Below, in pieces: positions 36,965-50,200 of a DNA stretch of 64,000 nt. Source of the DNA: Takakia lepidozioides (lineage: Eukaryota > Plantae > Bryophyta); assembly GCA_030704615.1 (NCBI GenBank), contig CM060731.1:76694001-76758000 (forward strand). Reading direction: 5' to 3'. Below the pieces are notes generated by a model. The model searched no databases. It was given only the letters and a program-made list of their open reading frames with translations, and was not told the origin of the DNA. Numbering within the stretch: position 1 is the first letter of the stretch; every line of letters begins with the position of its first letter. The position numbers and the translations under genes were made by a program.

Positions 36965-39237
36965 TCAGTCCTCATCATCAGAGTTAACCACCTGTTGAAC
37001 ATCTCCATAGCCTTCAAGCTCGGATACGTCTGCCCTGCTTCCTAGGAAAAGAGGCACTCGATGATACAATTGGGCAGGCTGGACTTCCAAGATGCGTTGT
37101 CTGCCATCACTGCATTTCCCACCACCATGCTCAACCAAATAGCTGAGTGGGTTCGCCTCATACACTAAATGGAGGTTGGGCCTTGGATTCATAGCTATCC
37201 CACCATAGAGAATAGTGCGGTGAAGATCAGCTACCATCGAACAAATGTAGCGTGATGAGTATCTTCTTGGATTTTGGCCTTTCCCTTGCCGGATGGTGTC
37301 AATGTACCTCCGCAATGCTGGTGGCCAATCAAAATACCTTGCATCATTGACCGAGTATATTTGCCCTGCAAAAATGAATCAATTTTCCACTCTGTTATTC
37401 TGCAGTGGCTGGTGGGTTTCCATCTGAAGGCAGAAGACCGAGAGGCAGAAGACCGTGGTAATATTTTTTGCTACTAATCTCAAGAGTTTAGCATGCATGT
37501 GCTACTCACTGGTCGGCTCTGCATACAAGGAATAAGAAAACAGTGAGACAAAGGCGGCCACCTCTTTCAGGAACTCGAATGTCAGGATGGGTCAGCACAA
37601 ACTCGCCAATCTCCCGATCCAAGGTGAAACCATGTAATCCGGACCCAACTGAGACACTTAACATGGTTGCTGACGAATACAAGGTATAGCCTGCAGCCAC
37701 CAGCCTCTCTCCTCTTTGCAACGTATTGATCGCTGCCTTCTCTCTTAAGGCTAAATGGTCAGCTTCTGGTAACCGCAGATAAATACCAAGAATGGTGCCA
37801 GTAGGTGTGAAAGCATCAACGCTGTCGGATCCGTCCAGGGGATCGAAGACCACGACGTAGGGACCCTCCCCGAACCAAGTTGGTTCATCATCCTCTTCAG
37901 AGGCAATGGCTGCTACTTTTCCTGAACTCCTGAGGGCCGCCTTGAGTATGTTATTCTGCCTGCCAGCAAAGTGTGTGCGGCGTCAAATCCTTGAGATCCA
38001 TGGATACATATTGAGCAACCTTCCGATTACATGAAGCTATCAGCACAACAATACATTATATGTAGTGCAAGTTACGTCACCAAGGCATACAGAACCTTTT
38101 AGCAAGGCACTTTCTAACAGCACGAGCATTTCCAAATAGTTATCTCTAGCACTGAAGATAACTCCCTTCATCACCACTGAAGAACCACCTCCAGTGCACG
38201 AATGCTATGAATGCTAAAGCAAAACACTATTCTGAGAGGGGGATGCTGCCGTTAGAAAAACGTTCAAGAGCTGATGTCATACGAAAATGAGAGTGTGTTT
38301 GACTCGATACCAATCTTTAAACCCTCAGTCGAGAGCAAGCCCCATTTCTCCCGAACAAGGGGAACCCAACGACCCTGAAGGCTGGAAAGTCGAAAGGATT
38401 GCCGGACTTATTAGAAATCGTGAGACTAATATATTGCCTAGAGCTCGGTTGCATACTAGAGTCCTTTTGATGTCAATCCAGTTTCGACGGCAAGAGATCA
38501 CCCGAAGGCACTCCTTACTTCAGCGGAAACGGCGGAATTGACTAAGATGCTGGTACAGTCCAATGAGCAGACATTGCTAAACCGTACTTTCAAGGACCCC
38601 TGAGGACGCAGCTTAAACCCATTTCACTCAGTCCAGGAAAATATGCAAGGAGCAATGAAACACCCACCGAAATCACATTTAACGACTTGGAAGAATCCCG
38701 GCCCCCTCCCACATCAGATTCAGAGGCCCATGCTTGAAGATCCGTTGGGGATGCCAAAAGTGAAGCAATGTGCTTGCAAGCAGCCTGCACATGGGTCAGC
38801 AGCACCACCATATCCACATCCACGTTGGAACCTTCAGTGCCCAAAAACGCAGTCAAAGTGATGATCCCCTCGGCATTGCGGGCTGCCGCATACGGGCTCA
38901 CTGGGGAACGCGCGAAGGATGGTTTGCTTGCCACAGGCGGAGGTTTCCGCATTTTCGCAGGTGATGAAAACCAGCGCTCAAACACCGAAGGCGATTTCGG
39001 AATATATGCAGAGGGAGGAGGACTGTACGTATACTGAGGAGGGGGAGGGGGAGGGGGCCGAGGCGGTTTTCTCATAGACGACATCACTCTGTGCAGCGTT
39101 GGCGATGGCCCCGGTGGCGTTCTCTGCGTCCTCGTGAAGGAGAAGGAAAAGGGCGTTGCTGCTGTCGACCTCGTGCGAGACCATTTATGGGAGACCAGAG
39201 GCACAAAGACGATGAGAAAGAGGAAGAAATAGTTCAT
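36965..39237 (-). CDS. Fructose-1,6-bisphosphatase, chloroplast FBPase II-like, 3 exons
   Basis: Exons ~39237-38668, 37955-37562, 37365-36965; IASEED, FDPLDGS, AAGYTLYSS, YSVNDARYFDWP, RYICSMVADLHRT, YEANPL; GT-AG introns. Start codon uncertain. Confidence 0.92.
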
Positions 39238-39719
39238 AGGGAATCCTTCCCCCGTGAGAAAATTTTCATCAATCTGCACACACACTATCTATCACTCCTC
39301 TACACCATTTCCAGCTCACTCTCTCGCACCTGGGAGCTACATCACCCTCTCTGCACCTTCCTCGCCTACATCCTCCTGCCTACCAACTACCAACCTCGCT
39401 CCGCCATCGCCAGTCCCACCCCAAGCTCTCCTCCTCTCCGCCCCTCCCATCTGGACTCCATAGCCGCGTTGCTTCAGACCAGCGAGTGTGCAGGAAATGG
39501 GCAGGAAACACCAGCGAGCTTTTCAAATCCAGCGGGGCGGGCAGTACCCTCTTTCGCCACCCTTTTACCCCCATCTCTCCCAACCCCTCTCTCCCTTAAT
39601 AAAACCCTAAAAAAGAAACAAAAGAAACAAAAAAAACCAAACCCATTGCCGGTCCCTAACCGATCGGCAGGTGCACAAATTTTCCGCAAAATCCTAACAA
39701 ACGTCCTTGCGTGTACACA

Positions 39720-40770
39720 CAATTTGTTGTGACGGATTGCAAGTTGGGACTTTTGCGCGGACAAAGAGTCAGACTCCGGCATTAACAGAATGGTGAACAA
39801 TGATGCTACCTTTGCGTACATACAATTCTTGCGACGGATTGCAAGTTGGGACTTTTGCACAGACAAAGAATCGGACTTGATCGCGGCGCCGAGGAAATGG
39901 TGAATAATGTTACCAACAACTGCAGTTGGCGTCCTCCTCTCTCTCGCTTTCTTAATAAATGAACACTTGACACAATTGTTTTGATGGATTGCAAGTTGGG
40001 ACTTTTGCGCGGACAAAGAGTCAGACTCCGGCATTAACAGAATGGTGAATAATGATGCTACCTTTGCGTACATACAATTCTTGCGACGGATTGCAAGTTG
40101 GGACTTTTGCACAGACAAAGAATCGGACTTGATCGCGGCGCCGAGGAAATGGTGAATAATGTTACCAACAACTGCAGTTGGCGTCCTCCTCTCTCTCGCT
40201 TTCTTAATAAATGAACACTTGACACAATTGTTTTGATGGATTGCAAGTTGGGACTTTTGCGCGGACAAAGAGTCAGACTCGGCATTAACAGAATGGTGAA
40301 TAATGATGCTACCTTTGCGTACATACAATTCTTGCGACTGATTGCAAGTTGGGACTTTTGCACAGACAAAGAATCGGACTTGATCGCGGCGCCGAGGAAA
40401 TGGTGAATAATGTTACCAATAACTGCAGTTGGCGTCCTCCTCTCTCTCGCTTTCTTAATAAATGAACACTTGACACAATTGTTTTGATGGATTGCAAGTT
40501 GGGACTTTTGCATGGACAAAGAATCGGACTCGGACTCGATCGACCTGGCGCCAAGGAAAAATAATATTAGTTGTAACTGCGGTTGGCGTCCTCTTTCTCG
40601 CTCTTTCTAATAAATGAACACCATGACACAATTGTTGTGAGGGATTGCAAGTTCGGACTTTTGCATGGACAATCTATTGATCGACCGAGCGCGACGAAAT
40701 GGGGAATAATGTTACTAATAACTGCGTTGCGTCTTGCGTCCTCTATGTCTCTCTCTACTAAATGAACACC
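39720..40770. repeat. 252-bp tandem array (about 3 near-identical plus degenerate copies)
   Basis: GATTGCAAGTTGGGACTTTTGC anchors at 39735, 39987, 40239, 40490, with a second related anchor ~102 bp into each unit. Confidence 0.95.
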
Positions 40771-41166
40771 ATGAACAAACTGAAATGATGCCCGGTTGGG
40801 TCACTCACAAGGTGTAGAATAAATAAATAGATAAATAATTATGGCGAAACTGGGTGGGAATGATGGCGAAACTGGGCCCCACGAGACGTGCAGTGAGCCG
40901 CAATCGGTCAATAAAACGCCGGCTCTGCTCTGACACGATAGCGGCTATCCCAGATCTGCAGATCTCTATTTTATTTATTTTATTTTATTTTATTTTCTTT
41001 GTTTATAGCATGGCAGCAATTCAGTGATAAAGTCCACTCTCCGTTGTCACAAGTCCAATACCGTGGGTGTAAAAAGTACTTGGGTGTAAAAGTCGACTTG
41101 CTGGCCCCCTCCGCTAAGGCGGTGCGAAGAGGCGTGCCGAAGTTTGCCCATGGGTTTTCACACAAC

Positions 41167-41455
41167 CGATCCCGGCCCAACAAATGAACTCCATCCCGGC
41201 CTGACAAATGAACTCCATCCCCGCCCCACAAATGAACTAGATCCCGGCCTAACAAATGAACTCGTTCCCGGCCCAACAAATGAACACGATGCCGGCCCGA
41301 CAAATGAACTCCATCCCCGCCCGACAAATGAACTCCATCCCCGCCCCACAAATGAACTAGATCCCGGCCCAACAAATGAACTCCATCCCCGCCCCACAAA
41401 TGAACTAGATCCAGGCCCAACAAATGAACTCGATCCCGGCCTGACGAACGAACGA
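41167..41455. repeat. 24-bp minisatellite, about 12 copies
   Basis: Consensus near CCATCCCGGCCCAACAAATGAACT. Confidence 0.95.
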
Positions 41456-44294
41456 GCGGCCTCATGATGGACAAACGAACAACTCTTGCGGATAATTGAG
41501 TGAATGTCCATAATGCAATGGCATATTCCGCATTGCATTAGGAGGTTGACCTTTGGCTTATGATACAGTAGTGAACAGATCTAGGGGATCCAGTGGTACC
41601 ACTTATCACTTGGTTATTACTGTACCATGGTTCAGTTCACCCTGGGAGGAATTTACTGTATACACCAGTAAATGACGCTAAATAAATGTGCACGGGCCAA
41701 TGAGGAGCACGTTTGCACGTTGGTCTGATGACGTGTCCACTATCCAACGGCTTTCTTCTCTTAATCGCCCCATTTTCCCTGGTTCAAAATCTCAGTAATT
41801 AGGGTTGCGGCTCGCAGTAGGGCAGCCCACCTAATATTAGGTTGTACCTGCCCGTGCACCTTGTCCTGCCCGCCCATACCGGTTGCAGTGTTTTGCTGAT
41901 GAATGAAATCATGTTCCATCCATCGATGGAACATTGTTACTCTGCACGTCCGTCATCTGTGACGGGCGGTGACGGAGCAGCGTTTGGAGCGTCTGGCGAG
42001 GGTGACGAACGGGGACGAAGACGTGGCCGAGGACGAAGACTTCTTCAGATCCCCGGATCGACGATTCTAAATCTTTCGTGATACTCGTCCCATGGCCACC
42101 TTTTCGCGCAGCTGTCCTGGAGAGGAGGGATGGGGAGAGAGGGAGGGCTGTGCGTGCATGTCTTTCTCTTCCCACTTGCAGCTTGTTGTGCTTAGGCCTT
42201 CATGTAGAGTTCAGAAGACACCCACGGTACTGTGGTGTGGTGTGGTGGTCGATGCGAGGAAGCAAAGAAAGAGAACTGAAATGAGATGGTGCTTTATAAC
42301 GTCGACTGCGGGAAGCTCAAAGATCTTCTGGGACAGGAGGAAGAAAGAAACAAGTAAGAGAGACGGCCACATATCAGAAAGAGAGACCAGAGGCAAAGTA
42401 TATGATCCAACCCTCTTATGAATACGAAAGAAAATTCATGAGTGTAATAAGGTTGCAGTCCATACTTGAATGATCCTGGATGGGACAGGTCGAGGAAGAA
42501 AGAAACAAGGGAGATGGGCCTGCAAGAGAGACCAGAGGCTTGTGATGAATGAAAAGTATATGATCCAACCCTCTTATTAAGACGAAAGCAAACATGAGTA
42601 TAAATATGGTGCAGTCCCCTACTTGAATGACCCTCAGAATTTTTTCTATCAAAAGAGGATAATTTGGTATGGGCTGCAGGCATGTTTGTTTCGGTCATCA
42701 TTCGGGGTCTTACTCGGCCAGTGATTTGCGCTCAGGTCACGAGACAATCTGACAGTCGACCTGATTGTCTACGCATAACGTCCAGTTGCCAGTATGATGT
42801 GACGACAGGCTATACAAGTTGCATGCAGATGCTGGCAGCTGAGATTCAAGGGGGCACAGCTCACGACCAATATCCGTCAACATAAATGTTCGATATATTC
42901 AAGCTTGGAAAGCAGTTATCTGAAGGTAGACAACTTGTGTGTTGTCCAACGATGGGGGGTGTTTGCAGTTGTTTTTGCTCTTCAAATCATGCATGATCAG
43001 CAGGTGCTGAAAAGTGCTGACGGTCAGATTTTTACGATTTGAAGATTACGAAAATTCTCACCATGCCGAAGTCTGGATCAGCATTGTATGTATAGTGAAC
43101 GGTACCTCAATTAGTAATTCATGAAAACTTTACATTTGATTCGGTGTTTCTAATTGCTCGTGAATGGTGGCTCCAAGATGATGTAGAGCCCGCTTCAGCG
43201 TGCATTTTCTCTTCGTCTTTCATCAGTGGCTCAGCAGAAGCTCAACAAAAACTCTGGTTTGTTGTAATATTGGATGGAGGAGGGGTGGAGATTCAAATGT
43301 TCCTGCGATCTGGGCTACGGATGAGTTAGGTCCCCAACGGTCGATCCATCGGCGGCCAATTTAGGATGATTTCGGGTTCAATCCATGAACCAGTTTGGTG
43401 AATCGCAGTTGCTGAAGAAGCTTTAAAGGCACACGAATACTATGCAGTAATGGCAGTTTTGACTCAACCACAAGGTCTCTGCCAGGTTGCCCCTGAGGTT
43501 GTCGAATGGAAGATCGGCCGGCAGGTGTTATCATGTGTTACAATGGCAAACTGACTTCACAGCTTACGGATCTAGTCTTTTCCGATGCCTCGTGTGTACA
43601 AGTCTCACTGACAGCGTACTCCGCCTCGTGTGAGACAAGCAGCAGCACTGCATTCTTCAGGATTGCCCCCAGGACTCCGATGGCTGAATACTGACCCACA
43701 ATATCTTTAACAAGCAGCTTGCATTTAGTCGTAAGGTCTTCATATAAATATTTCCCGAGATAGTAATTCCCCAAGAGTTACTTTTGTTGCTCGTGATCAG
43801 AGCAGACTTAGCGCCAGGCCGTTGATTGGCGTTGGCTGGCTAGTCTGAAGACCGGCGCATCGGTAGTGGCTTCACTTGCTTATATTCCGTCTTCAGTACT
43901 GTTCAACTGGTGTTCTTAAACTGGGCTTTCTCATTGCAGCTGGGTACGTTCAGGACTTGAGAAATCCACAACCGGCCTCCTAGATTAACAGCGTTAAGGG
44001 ACAGTGCCCCCAACTAAAGTTGGGCAAGGAGCTCCAGCACACTTGGCTTAAATATGGATGTGTCAGAAGTTCCTCAGATCAGATACTTGAACTTGTCATC
44101 CCATCAATTGGAGAGATTCCAAGGATAAACTCCCCGGCGTGACCACCCAAGGCCTGCACACGCCTAGATAGGCTTGCCAGATGCCTGACAGATCACCTTG
44201 GCCTAGTTTATCTGGCAACGTCAATCTAGAGAAAATTTTGTGAGCGACTTTGACCAGTCGATTCTTCCGAGCCAAAGGGCTTCTCTCATTGCTA

Positions 44295-47200
44295 TCAATC
44301 AGTTCCAGGTTGAAAAATATTGTCCTGGGCAACTTTCTTTGCTCGCCCACTAGTACTAGGTAAATCCTCGGTACGTTTATGATTTTGGTCAGCAGGTTTC
44401 TTGGCCCATTTAGGGGCTTGGTCAGGTTCGTAGTGGTAATCATAAAAGATTTCCTGCCCTGCGAGAATTCGCTCCTTCGCATAGATACCCACCCTATGAT
44501 CTCCAGCCACCAAGAGCACCTGCTACATGGAAATACATCAGTTTCTGATGCTTGCAGTGCATGACAGCATCAGTATTGTTATACAATATATAGTATGGTG
44601 GAAGCTTCTGATCCAAAGGTGTCTCTATATTTCGTGTTGTCTACCAAAGCTTGATATGTTGGTACGTTTGCTGCCCTTACAAGGTTTTTTGATTCGGGTC
44701 CCATTTGTTGTTCTCTGCCTGGGGGCGCTGCCCCTTTTTCTGTTTCCAAGGTGGATGTGTTCATTCTTTCTTTCTTTTCAGAGCTTATTTAATGACATAT
44801 GCGCTTTGAGCTTCCCTGGCCATTGTAAAGTTACATTCACATTTCTTTTCTTTTCTTTTCTGCGGCCATTGTAAGAAAATTGTTAAAATCTGGGTAGCTA
44901 TAAAGTTCCATTTCATTCCATTTCATTCCATTTCATTTAATTCCGACTGACTTTCTTTGCTATGCCAACAGTACCATGATGTTACTAGATTCAGTAGGCA
45001 CATACCTTGGGATAGCAATTCGGGTTGGGCGAATGATTGGCAAATTTGAGCTTGTCCCCCTTCCGACATGCATCAAGCACATACTGCAGAACCACTCAAA
45101 CCAATTAGTATTTCGACCCCTATCTAAAAGTAGGTAGACCAGCTTGTATAGAATAGTTCATTTGAATCGGAAGGCAGTAGCCCTTAGGGGTCAAGTGACA
45201 CCATTAGTTGAATTTGCTTAGGTATGAGTGTACATTTAGTTTTATTTTTTTTAGTTCATTTGATTAATGGGACATAGGGCTCTTCTATAACCTGAAGGAT
45301 TTCCGTCTCTTGACATCTGCAGACCGTCCCATGGAGAAGCATTACAATTAAGATTAGAAGCCAGGGAATAATTCCGGTCCTATGTGCTGATCAGCTTTAA
45401 AAACACAAAAAAAAAAAGGTGTAATATAGCATCATATTAATGTGGGTATTGAAAATCGCCTGCTATTGAATTTTGACAAAGAACAATCCCCCCATCTGGT
45501 ATACTAGGCAAGCAAAACCATCACAAGCAAGGATGCTCCTTGACACCTACATAATATGTGCACATTACAAGAAAATCGATTCAGGTCAAAGTTAATGATG
45601 CTCCAAGTTCTTAGAGCTTGCCTGATCATTCAGGTTGAAAAGGAAGGAGGAGTTCTCACGATCGTAGACTTTGCCCCGCTTGTCAGCCTCACGATGAGAA
45701 ATCTGTTCGCCTGTGTACTCCCCCAAATACTCGTGTTTTCCCACTGTATTCTGTGCCAGACACAAGACAAGGCAGAAATGTAAGTTCAAATTAAAAACCT
45801 TCTCCCATTGCCTTGGTTGAAAGTGGACGTTGAGAAATTGCTACAGCGGGGCACACTCGTTTGGAGAACTGATGTTGTAGTATTCCAAAAGTGCAAGCCT
45901 GAGAGCCTCCCAGATATATGCATCTGAAAAGTGACTGTAATCCACAATAACAAGCCCCCCCACTCGTCCATCAGCAAAGGAAACAAACAACACAAAAAAC
46001 AAACATTTAATTGTCTGACCTTCAAAAAGGCACCCCAACCTTCTACATCTGATCTGCCCAAGAGCACCTGCTCAACCACCGCCAGCAATATCCCATCCAC
46101 CACTGATCAGTTTTTATAGTTCAAACGTGACACTCAATTGGGACCTTTGAGAAAGGCCCAGTAGAACAATACCCTGTACAGTATACATATGCCCACAGGT
46201 AGCTCACAAAAAAACTGCTCTTCAGAGTTCAGTGATCTCAAGTGCACCCGTTGATGTTGCTTGAGCAGAAGTTTCATGTTCTGACATTTGTAGTCATCCC
46301 CTTGTGCAGGCGGTGCACCTAGTGTACCATCTCCGCACCTACAAACCAACAGCATACTGTTTGAGAAAGAAAGAACAATATTCACATAATGTCCACCGAA
46401 AGAAGAGAAAATATTACTGCCTCCACAGATTTTATTATGTCCACATACTAGGAAAAGCAACATTGTTACATCCACGAGAGGCCCAGGTGGCATGTGGGTC
46501 AAAACCCAAAACAGTTTAACTACAAGAGAAAATCGAGAACATCAATATAGATACTAACTCTTGACTTCCATTTGTGGACCCAAACTCATTTTGTATCCAT
46601 AGAATCATATAACATGCCAAAATATGTTTTACTGTGCTGGTGCTTTCTTATTGTTCTGTCTCTAGACGTGGATACTTTGGGTCCAGCTGTGGGATGTTTT
46701 CCCAATTTCAAGTATTAATAAAAGCTTTGCATTTAACACTTGAAACCCGAAACTACTTGGCCTAGTGACATGACTCAGAACTGATAGACACTCCTAATTC
46801 CGATTTCCAACTGTAGACATTTCACGGTAAGAAGCTTCATCAAAGTATAGGAAAGAGCAAACTGACCCAATCCAGCAATTGCGGCAAACATCAGGGTCAC
46901 ACTCACGCTTTCCAGCAAAGCAAGGACATTTACTGCTGCAGCACTGGCTCTTTGCACAGTGGCAGCCTCGAAACCGGTTCTTACAGCTCTTGGAACACCT
47001 GCATATCCCATACACAAGAATGCTTCATTCTCAGCAACAAGTCAAATGCCTTACGCAATTGTAGTCAGCTCCTCACCTTATATACTTTGGCTCCAATGCC
47101 AAGAAAGCAGAGCCTACCAGAGAGAGCAAGACATACTTCTCCGCTACTTTCACTCCTGCCCAGTTCAATAAGAAGTCTGGACATGCTAGTACTTTTTAAG

Positions 47201-50200
47201 GACAGAGATGGAATGACGGAGCTACAAGAATTTGCTCTAGAATGTAAGCAGTAATTTCACAGCCACACAGCAGTGAGACAGCAGTTTCATTCTGACACAC
47301 TGACATCCGAGTGACATTCTAAGGAATCTATAAAGAACTATGCAGCAGGTAAAGTGGCAATACTGTGATAGGCCACCCAACGTGGTAAATTAGGGTTGCA
47401 CCCACTGGCGCACATTATAAATCTTGCTTCCAATATACGACATTTCTTGTTCAAACTTATGACGAAATTTGTCTTGTTTGAAAAACGCGAAGAGGGCAAA
47501 ATTCAGTTCAGGCACTGACCCACAGTATTTTTCACAGGCAGTTCCATTGAGCAGGCAGGGGCATGTCTTGCTACAGGTCAAGAGACAGTTGCAGGGCGTG
47601 TACTGGGTTGGTTGGTCTGACTTCCACGTAGATTTCACCTTGGACCACACTCTACCCTTACGCCGGCCGCTGGACATTCGCACACGGGTCTGGGTCTCCA
47701 TGTTCTGCATAAGTACACTCAGTTCGTTCAGTATTGCCTGACATAACACAATTAGGTTCCAGTAGACAAAGTATAGAAAACAATAATGGTAAGTTCTGTA
47801 CTCCCTACCGTGGTACTAGGTATCGTAACTATTATACAAATTGTGAGCAAAACTTTACTATTAACGGGCGAAGAATGTTCGAACTACAGCATCTAGAGCT
47901 TAAGAACCGTCAGAATCTGTGTCTACGTTCAGTTTTATCTAGACTCCTCCCCACTAGCATCGGCAATCAAAAAGAGAAACCAAAAATCTTGAGAAACACT
48001 CAGGGATGGCGGGAAGAACACAAAGACCAAACTATCGGGGTAGCCGTTATGCTTCCCAGCTGCTTCTTGCTCCAGTGCGAATTGTGCCACCTCCACACAG
48101 GTTTTCGAGCCCCGAAGCATATTGCAGGCTATTAAACAACTGCAGTATCATAGGCCCCCTCCCCAAGTTCCACATGAGAGCTTCAAAAGCATGACACTAT
48201 TAAGGAGCCAGTAGAGATACAGACCAGCACCTGTAAGTAAGGAGTTTGAAATAGAGACCATATGAAACCCAAGCGCATCATATCAGCTGGTTATTGAGCT
48301 TTCATGTGAGGTAGAAACATTGGGCATTCAGTTGTTAGTCATCACCTTTGTGCAGTATGTGAAAAGGAAACTTTGAGAAGGGTGTTTACCAGCAGTAAAC
48401 AAACTCTACCTGCTTTTGCCAAAGATTTGGAGACCCTTCTGGTACAAGCCCTTTTCCAGTTCAGTCCAGCAAGGGCCATCCACTTTGGATCTCCCTTTGC
48501 CCTTTGCATTAACCACTGCATCTTCATTGCCTTTGGATTTTTCATCCTCCCTGGGTTCTGTCTGTCCCCCTTGCAGTTCCTTTCCACCCTCCTGTTGATT
48601 GTCGCCCTGCATGTCATTGCCTTTCCCAACATGTGACTGCTCTCCTAAAAGCTTTCTGCTCTTGGACACTTCTGGCAAATCAACAGTCTCTGTGCTGGTA
48701 GACCCAGCCACCTACCACAGCGCAAGCCATCATGACAAAACTACCTCAGTAACCACAATGTATGAAATCAACAGAAATGAAATGGTACTTTACAACGTCC
48801 GCGGAAAGCTCAAAGAGCTTATGGGACAAAATGGAAAAAAAACAAGAGAGAGGAGACAAAACGAAAGCCGAAAAGCAGCCGAAAAGCAACTACTGCTCAA
48901 GGGATTGCCTAAGGGTCAAGGCCCAGCTTGCAGGTAAGCTGCCAAGCATTTCTAATCCTCATAATGGAAGACTTCAGTGAGAGACTGAGTCCCACAGAAT
49001 AGACAGTGGAATCTCCCACAGATATCATAATAAAGAGGGCAATAAAAGAAGAAGTGTTCTTCAGTTTCAATTTCCTGGTTGCGCCCCATGCAAGCTGGGC
49101 ATAGGCAGTCCTCCCATTGCAGGTTTTCCCATCTGCCAGTCTCTATCCGCAGATCGTGCGAGCCCACCCTGAACGAAAGAAAGAAAGAGCAAAGAAATTC
49201 ACTATGGTGGCTGTGACATAGTCCCCGTGGGATACTAATCCTTCAAGAGGTGGTTGTGGGTCTCATCCCTGTTTCACCCCGACAGGATCTATACCCACCC
49301 TGAAATTGCCATAGTGCTCAGACACAGACATTGTCTGTAGACAATGCCTCATGTAGATCTGATCCTCGCAATGGAAGAGCTCTGTGAGAGATGGGTATCT
49401 TGGAATAGACAATAGAATCTCCCACGGATCTCATAGTAGAGAGGACAGTAAGAGAAGAAACATTCTTCACTTTAACTTCCCTGTTGTTTCCAGCGCAAGT
49501 GGGCACAGGCGGTCCTCAGGTGCCACAAGATTCTCATCACAGGGGACCGAGAAATACCCCAGAGAACTCAAGTGTAAGATTGGCTGGTTTCCAGCTTCGC
49601 CTGACGTGAAGTTCCACGAGGAATTTTGTACACCTCCACAGGAAGCTCAAAGAGCTTATGGGAGCTTCCTGTGGAGGTTTCTGACAAAAGAAAGGAAGAG
49701 CTCTATTATATCCATGGAAGGCCCAGAGGACCCAAGGGACAGAAAGCAGTGGGAACCAGTTCAGAAAGAATGATAGAACTGCTATAGAACAACTTTAGGA
49801 ACAAAAGAATATAAAATAGAAAACAAGACAGGAAAATGGGGCCCCAAACCACTAGCCACCACGTCATAAAACTACAATTCCTCCAGAGGTTGAGAGCCTT
49901 GTGCAGACATGTGGCAAGGCACCTTGTAATGGAAAACATCTGTCAGGAACTGGCTGTCTTTAACAAGGTAATAGTAGCAGCCCTGGACTTTGTAGTAGAG
50001 AGGACGGTGACAGAAGAAATGTTCTTCAGTCTCATTCCTTTCTTGTTTAGCTCAAACAGGAAAAAGGTATTTGGCATGCTGCAGCTTATCCCATGTGCCA
50101 GTCTTGATCCTTGGATTTCCAAAGCAAACCTTAAATATCAATGTGGGTTCCTGATGGCCCATGGAACACAGAGGTGCATAAGATATGCATATGTTTACCT

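Noticed and set aside
39474-40554. Long repetitive ORFs (284 aa, 153 aa)
   Set aside because: By-products of the 252-bp repeat (a multiple of 3); no recognisable protein features.
40980-41538. ORFs with PTNELHPG-type 8-aa repeats
   Set aside because: Open in several frames on both strands because of the 24-bp minisatellite; no evidence of coding.
41600-44200. Possible gene downstream of promoter-like motifs (TGACGTG, TTAGGGTT)
   Set aside because: No coherent ORF or exon chain; includes a local ~150-bp duplication and LINE-tail remnants.
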